DNA from: Patescibacteria group bacterium
GTDB lineage: Bacteria; Patescibacteriota; Patescibacteriia; SG8-24
Assembly (NCBI GenBank): GCA_041667185.1
Contig: JBAYFM010000007.1
Span: forward strand, 4,296-68,295
DNA: 64,000 bases
Reading direction: 5' to 3'
The notes beneath the pieces were generated by a model, which had not been told where the DNA came from, searched no databases, and saw only the letters and a list, made by a program, of their open reading frames with translations. Positions 28,395 through 37,331 of the stretch are shown piece after piece. Both the position numbers and the translations under genes were made by a program. Each line of letters opens with the position of its first letter. The first letter of the stretch is position 1.

Positions 28395-28500
28395 GGTCCT
28401 GCCGTACGGAGAGACGGAGAGACGAAGTCATGTCGCTTGCGAGCGACGTGGCCGGAGTCAGCGAAATATCAGCGGACTTTGTATCTTCGCTACTCCCTGA
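28395..28500. repeat. Composite repeat copy inside the sigma paralog 2 leader (core CATGTCGCTTGCGAGCGACGTGG at 28429-28451)
   Basis: GGAGAGACGGAGAGACGAAG + palindrome + GGAGTCAGCG...CTCCCTGACTTC; lies between conserved leader blocks GCGGTCCTGCC and GTAGGACC. Confidence 0.7.
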
Positions 28501-28548
28501 CTTCTCAACAATGTAGGACCTCGCCCTTTACAATCAGGAGAACACGCC

Positions 28549-29316
28549 ATGACCGATCATCAAGGATCGCCGATCTCTGAATCGCTGAGCAAATTATTGC
28601 GTCATTCCATGCTCGATCGGGAAGAGGAACTCCGACTCATCGGCCGGTCTCAGCAAGGCGACCGCCAGGCCCTCGACTCGCTCGTGCGCCACAATCTCAA
28701 GTTCGTGATGAGCATCGCCAAGCGCTATGCCGGCCGCGGCGTCGAACTCGAGGATCTGTTCAGCGAAGGCGCCATCGGCCTGCAGATAGCCATCAAGAAA
28801 TTCGACGTCACGAGCGGTAATCGGCTCAGCACCTACGCCATCTGGTGGATCCGGCAGCTGATCGCCCGCTACCTGGATGATCATTGCCGCACGATCCGCG
28901 TACCGATCAGAGTCCAAAAGAACCTGCGCGACGAGGAATCGGCAGAAGAAAACGACAACCGCCTCACCAAGGCCGGCCTCGACAACTTCTCGCCCGTCTC
29001 GCTCGACCAGGAACTGTCGTCCGGCGACGATTCCAACCAGAACGGATGCACGCTCGCCGATACCTGCGCGGACGAATGCAAAACAGCGTCGCCAGAAACA
29101 GCCGTCGCTCGCGCCGAGGTCTCGGACATCATCACTGAGGCGATCAGCCAGCTCACGCCCCGAGAACAATACGTCATCGTAAAACGTTTTCGCGAAGAGC
29201 TGACCCTGCGCAATATCGCCGGAACCCACACTCTGTCACGCGAGCGCATTCGCCAGATCGAAGCCAAGGCGCTCGGCAAACTCCGGCGTCTGCTCCAAAA
29301 CAAGGACATCTTCTGA
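28549..29316 (+). CDS. Sigma-70 family sigma factor, paralog 2 (255 aa)
   Basis: Collinear with paralog 1 (about 65% identical by eye); region 4.2 RIRQIEAKALGKLR. Confidence 0.85.
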   Translation: MTDHQGSPISESLSKLLRHSMLDREEELRLIGRSQQGDRQALDSLVRHNLKFVMSIAKRYAGRGVELEDLFSEGAIGLQIAIKKFDVTSGNRLSTYAIWWIRQLIARYLDDHCRTIRVPIRVQKNLRDEESAEENDNRLTKAGLDNFSPVSLDQELSSGDDSNQNGCTLADTCADECKTASPETAVARAEVSDIITEAISQLTPREQYVIVKRFREELTLRNIAGTHTLSRERIRQIEAKALGKLRRLLQNKDIF

Positions 29317-29323
29317 CCCGCAC

Positions 29324-29352
29324 GCGGTCGAGCTCAGCTCGACCGCTTTTTC
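29324..29352 (+). terminator. Terminator after sigma paralog 2
   Basis: GCGGTCGAGC-TCA-GCTCGACCGC + TTTTTC (perfect 10-bp stem). Confidence 0.55.
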
Positions 29353-29410
29353 TTATCAAAATCCGTAATTTAAGGCTCCAAATAAGGCTAGTGGCGCACA
29401 GCCGCCAAGC

Positions 29411-29439
29411 TTGACAAAAAACGTAAAATAAGCTATATT
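29411..29439 (+). promoter_or_regulatory. sigma70-type promoter TTGACA-N17-TATATT for paralog 3
   Basis: Hexamers and spacing read directly. Confidence 0.5.
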
Positions 29440-29491
29440 ATACGGTCCCGCCAGTAACGGGATGAAGCTCTTTTCCAACCAGGAGATCATC

Positions 29492-29824
29492 ATGTCCAAT
29501 CACGAACAAGAAATGCTTGAGGTTTCGTTCGACGACAACACCTACCAGCTCGAATGCGCGCTCGCCGATACCGGCGCGGACGAACGCTACGCCGCGTCGT
29601 CGCCCGAAACCGCCGTCGCCCGCTCTGAAGCTGAGGTCATCGTCACCAAGGCGCTCAACAGACTCACGCCTCGGGAACAGAGCATCATCGTCAAGCGCTT
29701 CTGGGGCGACCTGGACCAGCGCGAGATCTCCAAGATCTACGGCATGACGTACGCAAACATCGACAAGATCGAAGCCCAGGCGTTCGACAAACTCCGTCAG
29801 CATCTTTCGAGAGACCTCTTCTGA
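29492..29824 (+). CDS. Sigma-70 region-4-only paralog (110 aa): decayed third copy, pseudogene or sigma-region-4 mimic
   Basis: Retains only SPETAVARSE...LTPREQSIIVKRF...IDKIEAQAFDKLR (region 4); intact RBS AGGAG and same promoter/terminator design as paralogs 1-2. Confidence 0.55.
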   Translation: MSNHEQEMLEVSFDDNTYQLECALADTGADERYAASSPETAVARSEAEVIVTKALNRLTPREQSIIVKRFWGDLDQREISKIYGMTYANIDKIEAQAFDKLRQHLSRDLF

Positions 29825-29831
29825 GACCAAC

Positions 29832-29869
29832 GCGGTCGAGCCTAGCTCGGCCGCGTTTCATTTTATCTT
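29832..29869 (+). terminator. Terminator after sigma paralog 3
   Basis: GCGGTCGAGC-CTA-GCTCGGCCGC + GTTTCATTTT. Confidence 0.45.
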
Positions 29870-29872
29870 CGC

Positions 29873-29910
29873 CGCTCCGTCTCCCCAGGACTCCCCAACT
29901 CCCGCGCTTC
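29873..29910. repeat. Short inverted-orientation fragment of the repeat family (CTCCGTCTCCCCAGGACTCCCCAACTCCCGC)
   Basis: Reverse complement of GAGACGGAG / GAGTTGGGGAGTCC units, just upstream of trmD. Confidence 0.4.
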
Positions 29911-29929
29911 ATGTTAACGTAAATTTGCT

Positions 29930-30625
29930 ATGCGCTTCGACCTTCTCACCATCTTCCCCTCGATGTTCGAGAGCTACTTCTCGGAGTCGATCATCAAACG
30001 CGCCGTCGAGCGCGGCCTTTTGGATATCCGGGCGCACGACCTGCGCCAGTGGTCCGAGGACAAACACCGCAAAGTCGACGACCGACCGTTCGGTGGCGGA
30101 CCAGGCATGGTCATGGCGGTCGGCCCTTTCTTCAAAGCGTTGAGGGCTTTAAGAGTTGGGAAGTCAGGGAGAGACGGAGATACGAAGAAACGGAACAAGA
30201 TGCGCGTCGTCCTGTTGTCCGCCAAGGGCAAAAAATTCACCCACAAAGAAGCCGTCCGGCTCGCCAAATACAAGCAGCTTATTCTGCTCTGCGGCCGCTA
30301 TGAAGGCGTGGACGAACGTGTCGCGTCCGAACTGGCCGACGAGGAAATTTCGATCGGTGACTACGTGCTCACCGGCGGCGAACTGCCAGCCATGGTCGTA
30401 GTCGACGCGGTAGCCCGCCAAGTCCCCGGCGTCTTGGGCAAAGCCGAATCCCTAGTGCAAGAATCCCACGCCGAAGAAGGCGTCACCGAATATCCGCAAT
30501 ACACCCGGCCGGAAATTTTCTCCCCGAAAAAAGGCGTGAACTGGAAAGTTCCCAAGATATTGCTCTCCGGCGACCATAAGAAGATCGCCGCGTGGCGTAC
30601 CGCGAAAAGCCGCGCCAAAAAATGA
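29930..30625 (+). CDS. trmD: tRNA (guanine37-N1)-methyltransferase TrmD
   Basis: MRFDLLTIFPSMF..., DDRPFGGGPGMVM, LILLCGRYEGVDERV, DYVLTGGELPAMVVVDAV all match TrmD. Confidence 0.9.
   Translation: MRFDLLTIFPSMFESYFSESIIKRAVERGLLDIRAHDLRQWSEDKHRKVDDRPFGGGPGMVMAVGPFFKALRALRVGKSGRDGDTKKRNKMRVVLLSAKGKKFTHKEAVRLAKYKQLILLCGRYEGVDERVASELADEEISIGDYVLTGGELPAMVVVDAVARQVPGVLGKAESLVQESHAEEGVTEYPQYTRPEIFSPKKGVNWKVPKILLSGDHKKIAAWRTAKSRAKK
30153..30187. repeat. Repeat-family fragment (GAGTTGGGAAGTCAGGGAGAGACGGAGATACGAAG) in-frame inside trmD
   Basis: 20/20 nt match to AGGGAGAGACGGAGATACGG of the 54212-54240 copy; encodes about 10 extra residues (RVGKSGRDGDT) in the TrmD inter-domain linker relative to E. 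coli TrmD. Confidence 0.5.
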
Positions 30626-30637
30626 CCGTAAACATGA

Positions 30638-30664
30638 AAAAGGCGCATCTGCGCCTTTTTTTGC
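30638..30664 (+). terminator. Intrinsic terminator after trmD
   Basis: AAGGCGCATCTGCGCCTT + T8. Confidence 0.7.
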
Positions 30665-30761
30665 TGAAATCAGCCAGGAAGCCCGGCCGACTTGCCAAGA
30701 CGCCGACGGCTAAGTAGGATGCGGCCAGAAGCAGTTCCTTGCCAAAACAAAGGAGCGAATC

Positions 30762-31502
30762 ATGACGGACCGCGCCGTTCGAATCGACCTTGCCACTGAC
30801 GCCATCGTGAACATCGACCTCCAGCCGACTTTCATGCCCGGCGGCGGACTGCCGGTTGCCGGCGGCGACGAGATCATCCCGCTCGTCCAACGCCTCAACC
30901 TGCTGTTCCCGCCCAGACAGCGCTACGCGACCCTCGACAAGCATCCGCGAGGCCACATCTCGCTCGCCAGTTCGTACAAAGGCCTGGCTCCATATTCCCA
31001 GCTCACAGCCGCCGAGGTCGCGAGCTGGACGGCAGCCGATAATCGGTTCGCCGCCGGCGCCCACTTCCGTCTCCCCGATCTGCAGAGCTATCTGGCTCAG
31101 GTCAAAACCCAGACGCTCTGGCCGGACCACGGCCTCATCGGCACGCCTGAGTCCGAACTGCATCCCGACCTGGTCCGCCGCGACTACCGGTTCGTCCTGA
31201 TCAAAGGGACCAACCCGAGGTGCGACTCCTACTCCGGCCTGCGCGATAATCTGCGGCATCCGACCGGACTGGGCGAGCTGCTGCACGTGGACGGAGTGAA
31301 GCGTATTTTCCTCACCGGCCTGGCCCTCGACTTCTGCGTCGGCTTCACCGCTCTCGACGCCCGGGACTACGGCTTCGAGGTCTTCGTCATCGAGGACGCC
31401 ACGCGCGCGGTCGCGCTGCCGGGCACCGTCGAGGCCATGAGAGCGGCTTTTCTCAAAGCCGGCGTCCGGCTCATCCAGTCGGAAGACCTCATCGCTTTCT
31501 GA
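30762..31502 (+). CDS. pncA: Nicotinamidase/pyrazinamidase (isochorismatase family, PncA-like)
   Basis: IVNIDLQPTFMPGG (Asp), Lys in LIKGT, catalytic Cys in LALDFCVGFTALDA; RBS AAGGAG. Confidence 0.75.
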   Translation: MTDRAVRIDLATDAIVNIDLQPTFMPGGGLPVAGGDEIIPLVQRLNLLFPPRQRYATLDKHPRGHISLASSYKGLAPYSQLTAAEVASWTAADNRFAAGAHFRLPDLQSYLAQVKTQTLWPDHGLIGTPESELHPDLVRRDYRFVLIKGTNPRCDSYSGLRDNLRHPTGLGELLHVDGVKRIFLTGLALDFCVGFTALDARDYGFEVFVIEDATRAVALPGTVEAMRAAFLKAGVRLIQSEDLIAF

Positions 31503-31521
31503 CCACCGCTCCATCTCTACC

Positions 31522-31553
31522 AGGACGGACCCTTGCCGGGACCGTCCTTTTTC
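31522..31553 (+). terminator. Intrinsic terminator after pncA
   Basis: GGACGGACCCTTGCCGGGACCGTCC + TTTTTC. Confidence 0.5.
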
Positions 31554-31620
31554 TTCGACCGCTTTTCTTTTCTTTACTCGCTGCCCGCGGCCGAGTAACA
31601 TTCAGATTGAACTGGATCTT

Positions 31621-33003
31621 ATGAATAAAAAAATCGCCATCTTCGGCGGCAGCTTCAATCCCGCCGGCCGCCACCACCGCGCCGTCGCGGAAGCGCTCAG
31701 CCAGCACTTCGACGAGATCATCGTCGTGCCTTGCGGCCCGCGCCCGGACAAACCGATCGTGGTGGACATCGAACCAGTCCATCGCGCGGTCATGGCCGAC
31801 CTGGCTTTCCGCGGCCTGCCGAAGGTCCGCGTGGAACTTTTCGATCTGGAACTCGACACTTATACGCGCACCATTGACCTGGACCGGATGTTCAGCCGCG
31901 AAGGCGAGATCTGGCATGTGGTCGGCACGGACCTCGTCAAAGGCGGCCGCGCCAAAAATTCCGAGATCCACCACTGGGAACGCGGCCCGGAACTTTGGGA
32001 CAACGCCAATTTTGCCGTCATCCAGCGCGCCGGCTACGACATCGACCCGGCCGACCTGCCGCCGCACAGCCAGCTCTTCCGTTCCGAACACTCCAGTTCC
32101 AGCTCCGAGATCCGCGAACGGACCTTCAAGCGCCAGCCCATCTCCGATCTGGTCACGCCCGAGGTCGAGAGCTACATCAACCGCTACAACCTGTACCGCG
32201 GCACGACGCCGCAGCGTTCGGTCAGCCTGAAGCTCGACCCGCGCGCGCTCATCGTCGCCGACGACCGCAATCCGGTGGCGGTCGAACTCGCGACCTCCCT
32301 CCAGCGCCTCGAAGACGCGGCAAATCCCAACTGCATCATCGTGATCGGCGGCGACGGCACCATGATCCGCGCCATCCGCCGACACTGGCGCTTGCGGCTC
32401 CCGTTCATCGGACTGAACGCCGGCCACCGCGGTCACCTGCTGAACGACCTCGACAAGAACGGCGTCCCCGACGTCCTGGAATCGGAGAAACACGTCCACC
32501 AGCTGCCGCTCCTCTACTCCGAGGTCTTCGACGCGGACGGTGCGCTCGCCGACAGCAGCTACGCCGTGAACGACACCTGGGTCGAACGCGCGAGCGGCCA
32601 AGCGGCCTGGATCCAGGTCAAAGTGAACAACGAGATCAAGATCCCGAAACTCGTCGCTGATGGCGCGCTCGTCGCCACGGCTTCCGGCTCGACAGCCTAC
32701 GCCAAAGCCATGGGCGGCAAGCCGCTGCTCGTCGGCGCGCAGGAGATCACACTCGTCGGCTCGAACGTGACCGCGCCTTTCGGTTTCAAATCCGCCTCGC
32801 TGCCGCTCGACGCCGCGGTCGAATTCGAATCCCTGAATCCGCAGAAACGTCCGATCCGCGCCTTCGTCGACGGCCTGGAAAAAGGCGTCGTCTCCCGGGT
32901 GAAGACCCGCGTCAGCCGCATCGCTGCGGTCGAAGTGGCTTTCTCCCCCAAACGCGACATGGCCGCCAAATTGGCCGATTTCTTCTTCACCTCGGCCAGC
33001 TGA
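31621..33003 (+). CDS. nadD-nadK: Bifunctional nicotinate-nucleotide adenylyltransferase (NadD) - NAD kinase (NadK) fusion
   Basis: N-terminus GGSFNPAGRHH, YTRTIDL, SSSEIRER (NadD); C-terminus IIVIGGDGTMIRAIR, GLNAGHRGHLLN, DGALVATASGSTAYAKAMGG (NadK GGDGT / NxGxxGFL / DGxxxxTxxGSTAY motifs). Confidence 0.8.
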   Translation: MNKKIAIFGGSFNPAGRHHRAVAEALSQHFDEIIVVPCGPRPDKPIVVDIEPVHRAVMADLAFRGLPKVRVELFDLELDTYTRTIDLDRMFSREGEIWHVVGTDLVKGGRAKNSEIHHWERGPELWDNANFAVIQRAGYDIDPADLPPHSQLFRSEHSSSSSEIRERTFKRQPISDLVTPEVESYINRYNLYRGTTPQRSVSLKLDPRALIVADDRNPVAVELATSLQRLEDAANPNCIIVIGGDGTMIRAIRRHWRLRLPFIGLNAGHRGHLLNDLDKNGVPDVLESEKHVHQLPLLYSEVFDADGALADSSYAVNDTWVERASGQAAWIQVKVNNEIKIPKLVADGALVATASGSTAYAKAMGGKPLLVGAQEITLVGSNVTAPFGFKSASLPLDAAVEFESLNPQKRPIRAFVDGLEKGVVSRVKTRVSRIAAVEVAFSPKRDMAAKLADFFFTSAS

Positions 33004-33101
33004 CGACGATAGCCGGCCGGCAGCGCTTGACAAAAGCGCTGATTTTTATTTAATTTAAGCCGTTCTTTGACAACGCATCCGCACCAGCATAGGAGGCCGC
33101 G

Positions 33102-34355
33102 ATGATCATCAAATCGCTACTCGATCTCGACTACTACAAACTGACCATGGCCCAGGTGGCCTGGCGGCATTTCTTTCATCGCGTTCCGGTGACCTACAGT
33201 TTCACCAACCGGACCCAAAAAGTCCGCTTGGCGGACCACATCGCCGAAGCCGACCTGCGGCGCGAACTCGACGCCGCGCGCGAACTGCGGTTCACGCCCA
33301 AAGAGCTCGGCTATCTCTCCAGACTCGGACCTTTCCAGCCGGACTTCCTCCAATTCCTGCGTACGTTCACATTGCCGCCCTACGACCTCGCGTTAACGGA
33401 CGGGCAATTCCGGATCGAGGTTTCCGGACCCTGGCACGAGGCCATCTTCTGGGAGACACTGATCCTCTCGATCGTGAACGAGCTGTACTACGCCAGCCTG
33501 ACCACCGGTCCTGACGCGACGAGCGGTCGCAGTCGGCTGTGCCTCGCGCATCTTGAAGGATGGCGTCGACTGGACGAAAAGATCCGGCGTCTCGAACAGC
33601 ATCCGGACATCCGTTTCATCGAGTTCGGCACGCGCCGCCGCTTCAGCCGCGCCTGGCAGGAAATGGCCGCGGTCAAACTCGCCACGCGCATCCCGCAGCA
33701 GATGATCGGCACCTCGAACGTGGACCTGGCCCGCCGTCTCGGCCTCCAGCCGATCGGCACCTTCGCCCACGAGATGTTCATGGTCTTCTCCGGCATCTAC
33801 CGCGGCGCGGGATACTCCGGCTTCTTCGCGGATGAAGACGAGGCCATCCGCTCGTCGCACAATGCCGTCCTGCAATGCTGGTGGCGCAACTACGGCGAGG
33901 CGCTCTCGATCGCGCTGACCGACACGTTCGGCACCGGTTTCTTCTTCCGCGATTTCACTCCCGAACAGGCAGCCAAGTGGCGCGGCCTGCGGCAGGACTC
34001 CGGCGACCCCTTCGTCTTCGGTGAAACCGCGATCGAGTTCTATCGGAACCTGGGGATCGACCCCCGGACCAAGACGATCGTCTTCAGCGACGGACTGGAT
34101 CTCGATCTGATCGAGTCGCTGCAAGCGGTCTTCGGCAGCCGCATCAAGACCGCCTTCGGTTGGGGTACGAACCTCACGAACGATTGCGGCCCCGATCCAC
34201 TCTCGCTCGTGGTCAAAGTGACTGGCGTGAACGGCTACCCGACCGTGAAACTCTCGGACAACCTCGCCAAGGCGATGGGGCCATCCGACGAAGTCGAACA
34301 TTTCAAACGGATCTTCGGTTACGAAGGCGGCACCAACGAAGAATGTCGCTACTGA
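33102..34355 (+). CDS. pncB: Nicotinate phosphoribosyltransferase
   Basis: MIIKSLLDLDYYKLTMAQ N-terminus and overall collinearity with PncB; RBS AGGAGG. Confidence 0.85.
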   Translation: MIIKSLLDLDYYKLTMAQVAWRHFFHRVPVTYSFTNRTQKVRLADHIAEADLRRELDAARELRFTPKELGYLSRLGPFQPDFLQFLRTFTLPPYDLALTDGQFRIEVSGPWHEAIFWETLILSIVNELYYASLTTGPDATSGRSRLCLAHLEGWRRLDEKIRRLEQHPDIRFIEFGTRRRFSRAWQEMAAVKLATRIPQQMIGTSNVDLARRLGLQPIGTFAHEMFMVFSGIYRGAGYSGFFADEDEAIRSSHNAVLQCWWRNYGEALSIALTDTFGTGFFFRDFTPEQAAKWRGLRQDSGDPFVFGETAIEFYRNLGIDPRTKTIVFSDGLDLDLIESLQAVFGSRIKTAFGWGTNLTNDCGPDPLSLVVKVTGVNGYPTVKLSDNLAKAMGPSDEVEHFKRIFGYEGGTNEECRY

Positions 34356-34376
34356 CATCTTCTCTCCCGACCCACC

Positions 34377-34407
34377 AGAGGCGCGCACCCCGCGCCTCTT
34401 TTTTTTA
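34377..34407 (+). terminator. Intrinsic terminator after pncB
   Basis: GAGGCGCGCACCCCGCGCCTC + T8. Confidence 0.7.
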
Positions 34408-34509
34408 CTCCGCCACGTCGCTCGCAAACGAAGTGACGGAGTCAGGGAGATACGGAGACGGAGTTTGGGAGAGTGCAGGAGTGGAGGAGTCGGGGAGACC
34501 CGACGCAAA
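34408..34509. repeat. Composite repeat copy (degenerate core CCACGTCGCTCGCAAACGAAGTGACGG; GACGGAG, GAGTGCAGGAGTGGAGGAG, GGGGAGACCCGAC blocks)
   Basis: Shares blocks with the 1863-2045 copy. Confidence 0.7.
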
Positions 34510-34589
34510 CTCCCGCACTTCAGCACTCCCGCACTTCAGCACTCCCGCACTTCAGCACTCCCGCACTTCAGCACTCCCGCACTTCCGCC
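34510..34589. repeat. Minisatellite: 16-bp unit CTCCCGCACTTCAGCA x5
   Basis: Five perfect tandem units read directly, about 60 bp upstream of the 16S P1 promoter. Confidence 0.9.
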
Positions 34590-34647
34590 CCTAATGCCGC
34601 CAAAAAATTTATCACCAGTTAATCCCCACAACCACCTTGCATATCCC

Positions 34648-34676
34648 TTGACATGTTTCGCCTCTTACCCTATACT
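34648..34676 (+). promoter_or_regulatory. rRNA promoter P1 candidate TTGACA-N17-TATACT
   Basis: Consensus-like hexamers about 280 nt upstream of the 16S 5' end. Confidence 0.5.
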
Positions 34677-34747
34677 CCTCCCAGAGCATTCGAACCCCTC
34701 AAAAAGAGGTCAACGAAGCGCTCTCTTTATTTCTGCCACGCAGGCCC

Positions 34748-34776
34748 TTGACGCATATCGCGACTTGGCCTAAAAT
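34748..34776 (+). promoter_or_regulatory. rRNA promoter P2 candidate TTGACG-N17-TAAAAT
   Basis: Second tandem promoter about 100 bp downstream of P1, as in classical rrn P1/P2. Confidence 0.5.
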
Positions 34777-34948
34777 GCGCAGCACCGGTCAAGAGAGACC
34801 GGACAGAGAACTTTGACAATCTGAACGAGATAGCAAACTCGTCGCGAATAGCGACGGGTGAGGAACCTAACGTCTATTTAGTTGAGTTTTCGGGAACCGT
34901 AAGGTTACGGAAGCTATGGAAGGCATAGTACCTGCCAGGTCTATGATC

Positions 34949-36456
<1,508 letters not shown>

Positions 36457-36617
36457 TAGGGAGACACTTCGTCGAGGAGAGCATATGCCTCCTTGACGAC
36501 AGAACATCGCGTTGTACAAACGCGGTGCTCCTAGGTCGTTCGCTTGGCAAGTTTACTTGCTGGGCGCCAATCTCAGACGTTAGATTCCTCTGCTATCTCG
36601 TTCAGATCGCCAAAGCG

Positions 36618-36646
36618 AAAAAGTCCCGTCATGCGGGGCTTTTTTC
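36618..36646 (+). terminator. Intrinsic terminator about 170 nt after the 16S 3' end
   Basis: GTCCCG-TCAT-GCGGGGC + T6. Confidence 0.55.
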
Positions 36647-36760
36647 GTTCCCGCAACCTGTCCTCCGTAGCCCGTAGGCGAAGGAGGAAAGCGGTGATCC
36701 ATGATCGTACACCCGACCGCGAGGCGGGATTTCAGCACAACGACAGCGGCTCGGCGACAA

Positions 36761-36784
36761 TAAAAAACCTCCGCAGGCGCGGAG
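36761..36784 (-). terminator. Terminator for the minus-strand hypothetical gene
   Basis: Minus-strand CCTCCGCGCCTGCGGAGG + T6. Confidence 0.6.
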
Positions 36785-36792
36785 GCTCAAGA

Positions 36793-37221
36793 CTACTTGT
36801 AGTTCACGGTGATGAGGCGGGAGTCGGACAAACGATCCTTGAGCCGCACGGTGCAGCCAGAATCCCGAAGCCAATAGGCCACGGCCTGGACAATCGCATC
36901 CGACGGACATCGGCCAAGAACGGACAGGTACAACCTGGCGTCGCGGCGGCCGTAGCGGGTGGCGCTCACGCACAGGGCATAAAGCGCGTCGTACCAGAGC
37001 AGGATCGCCTGATCGAGGCGGCTGATCTTTTTGCGTCTGATGCTGGTCTTCCTGATCTCGAGTCTGAAGCCTGGCATCCGAGACGCCATCTGATCGCGGT
37101 TCAACTCGGCGAGCAGGCCCAGCAGAACGGTCAGGGATTTCTTCTCCGCCTGCTCAAACAACATATCCATCAATTCGAGATCTTCTATCCTAAAAGTCTC
37201 GACAGGTCTTTTGTCGGCCAT
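36793..37221 (-). CDS. Hypothetical protein (142 aa)
   Basis: Start MADKRPVETF with AAGGAGG RBS; no recognisable domain. Confidence 0.5.
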   Translation of the reverse strand: MADKRPVETFRIEDLELMDMLFEQAEKKSLTVLLGLLAELNRDQMASRMPGFRLEIRKTSIRRKKISRLDQAILLWYDALYALCVSATRYGRRDARLYLSVLGRCPSDAIVQAVAYWLRDSGCTVRLKDRLSDSRLITVNYK

Positions 37222-37331
37222 CTGAACCTCCTTATTTCCAAAGATCTGCCGCCATCTCAACACGGACCAGGCCGACAGTCAAGCGCGCTGACCGATAAAA
37301 AAGCCGTCCCTGACAAGAGACGGCGGCGGTT

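Noticed and set aside
18618-29929. Calling the accessory block a mobile element or genomic island
   Set aside because: No integrase, transposase, recombinase, direct-repeat att sites or tRNA target flank the block. Only compositional and synteny arguments support acquisition, so it is reported as a finding, not a mobile_element feature.
34510-34589. Possible CRISPR array (perfect 16-bp tandem repeats; also the 8-bp repeats at 44574-44613)
   Set aside because: Units are contiguous with no spacers and are far shorter than CRISPR repeats. No cas genes are in the window. They are micro/minisatellites derived from the intergenic repeat family.
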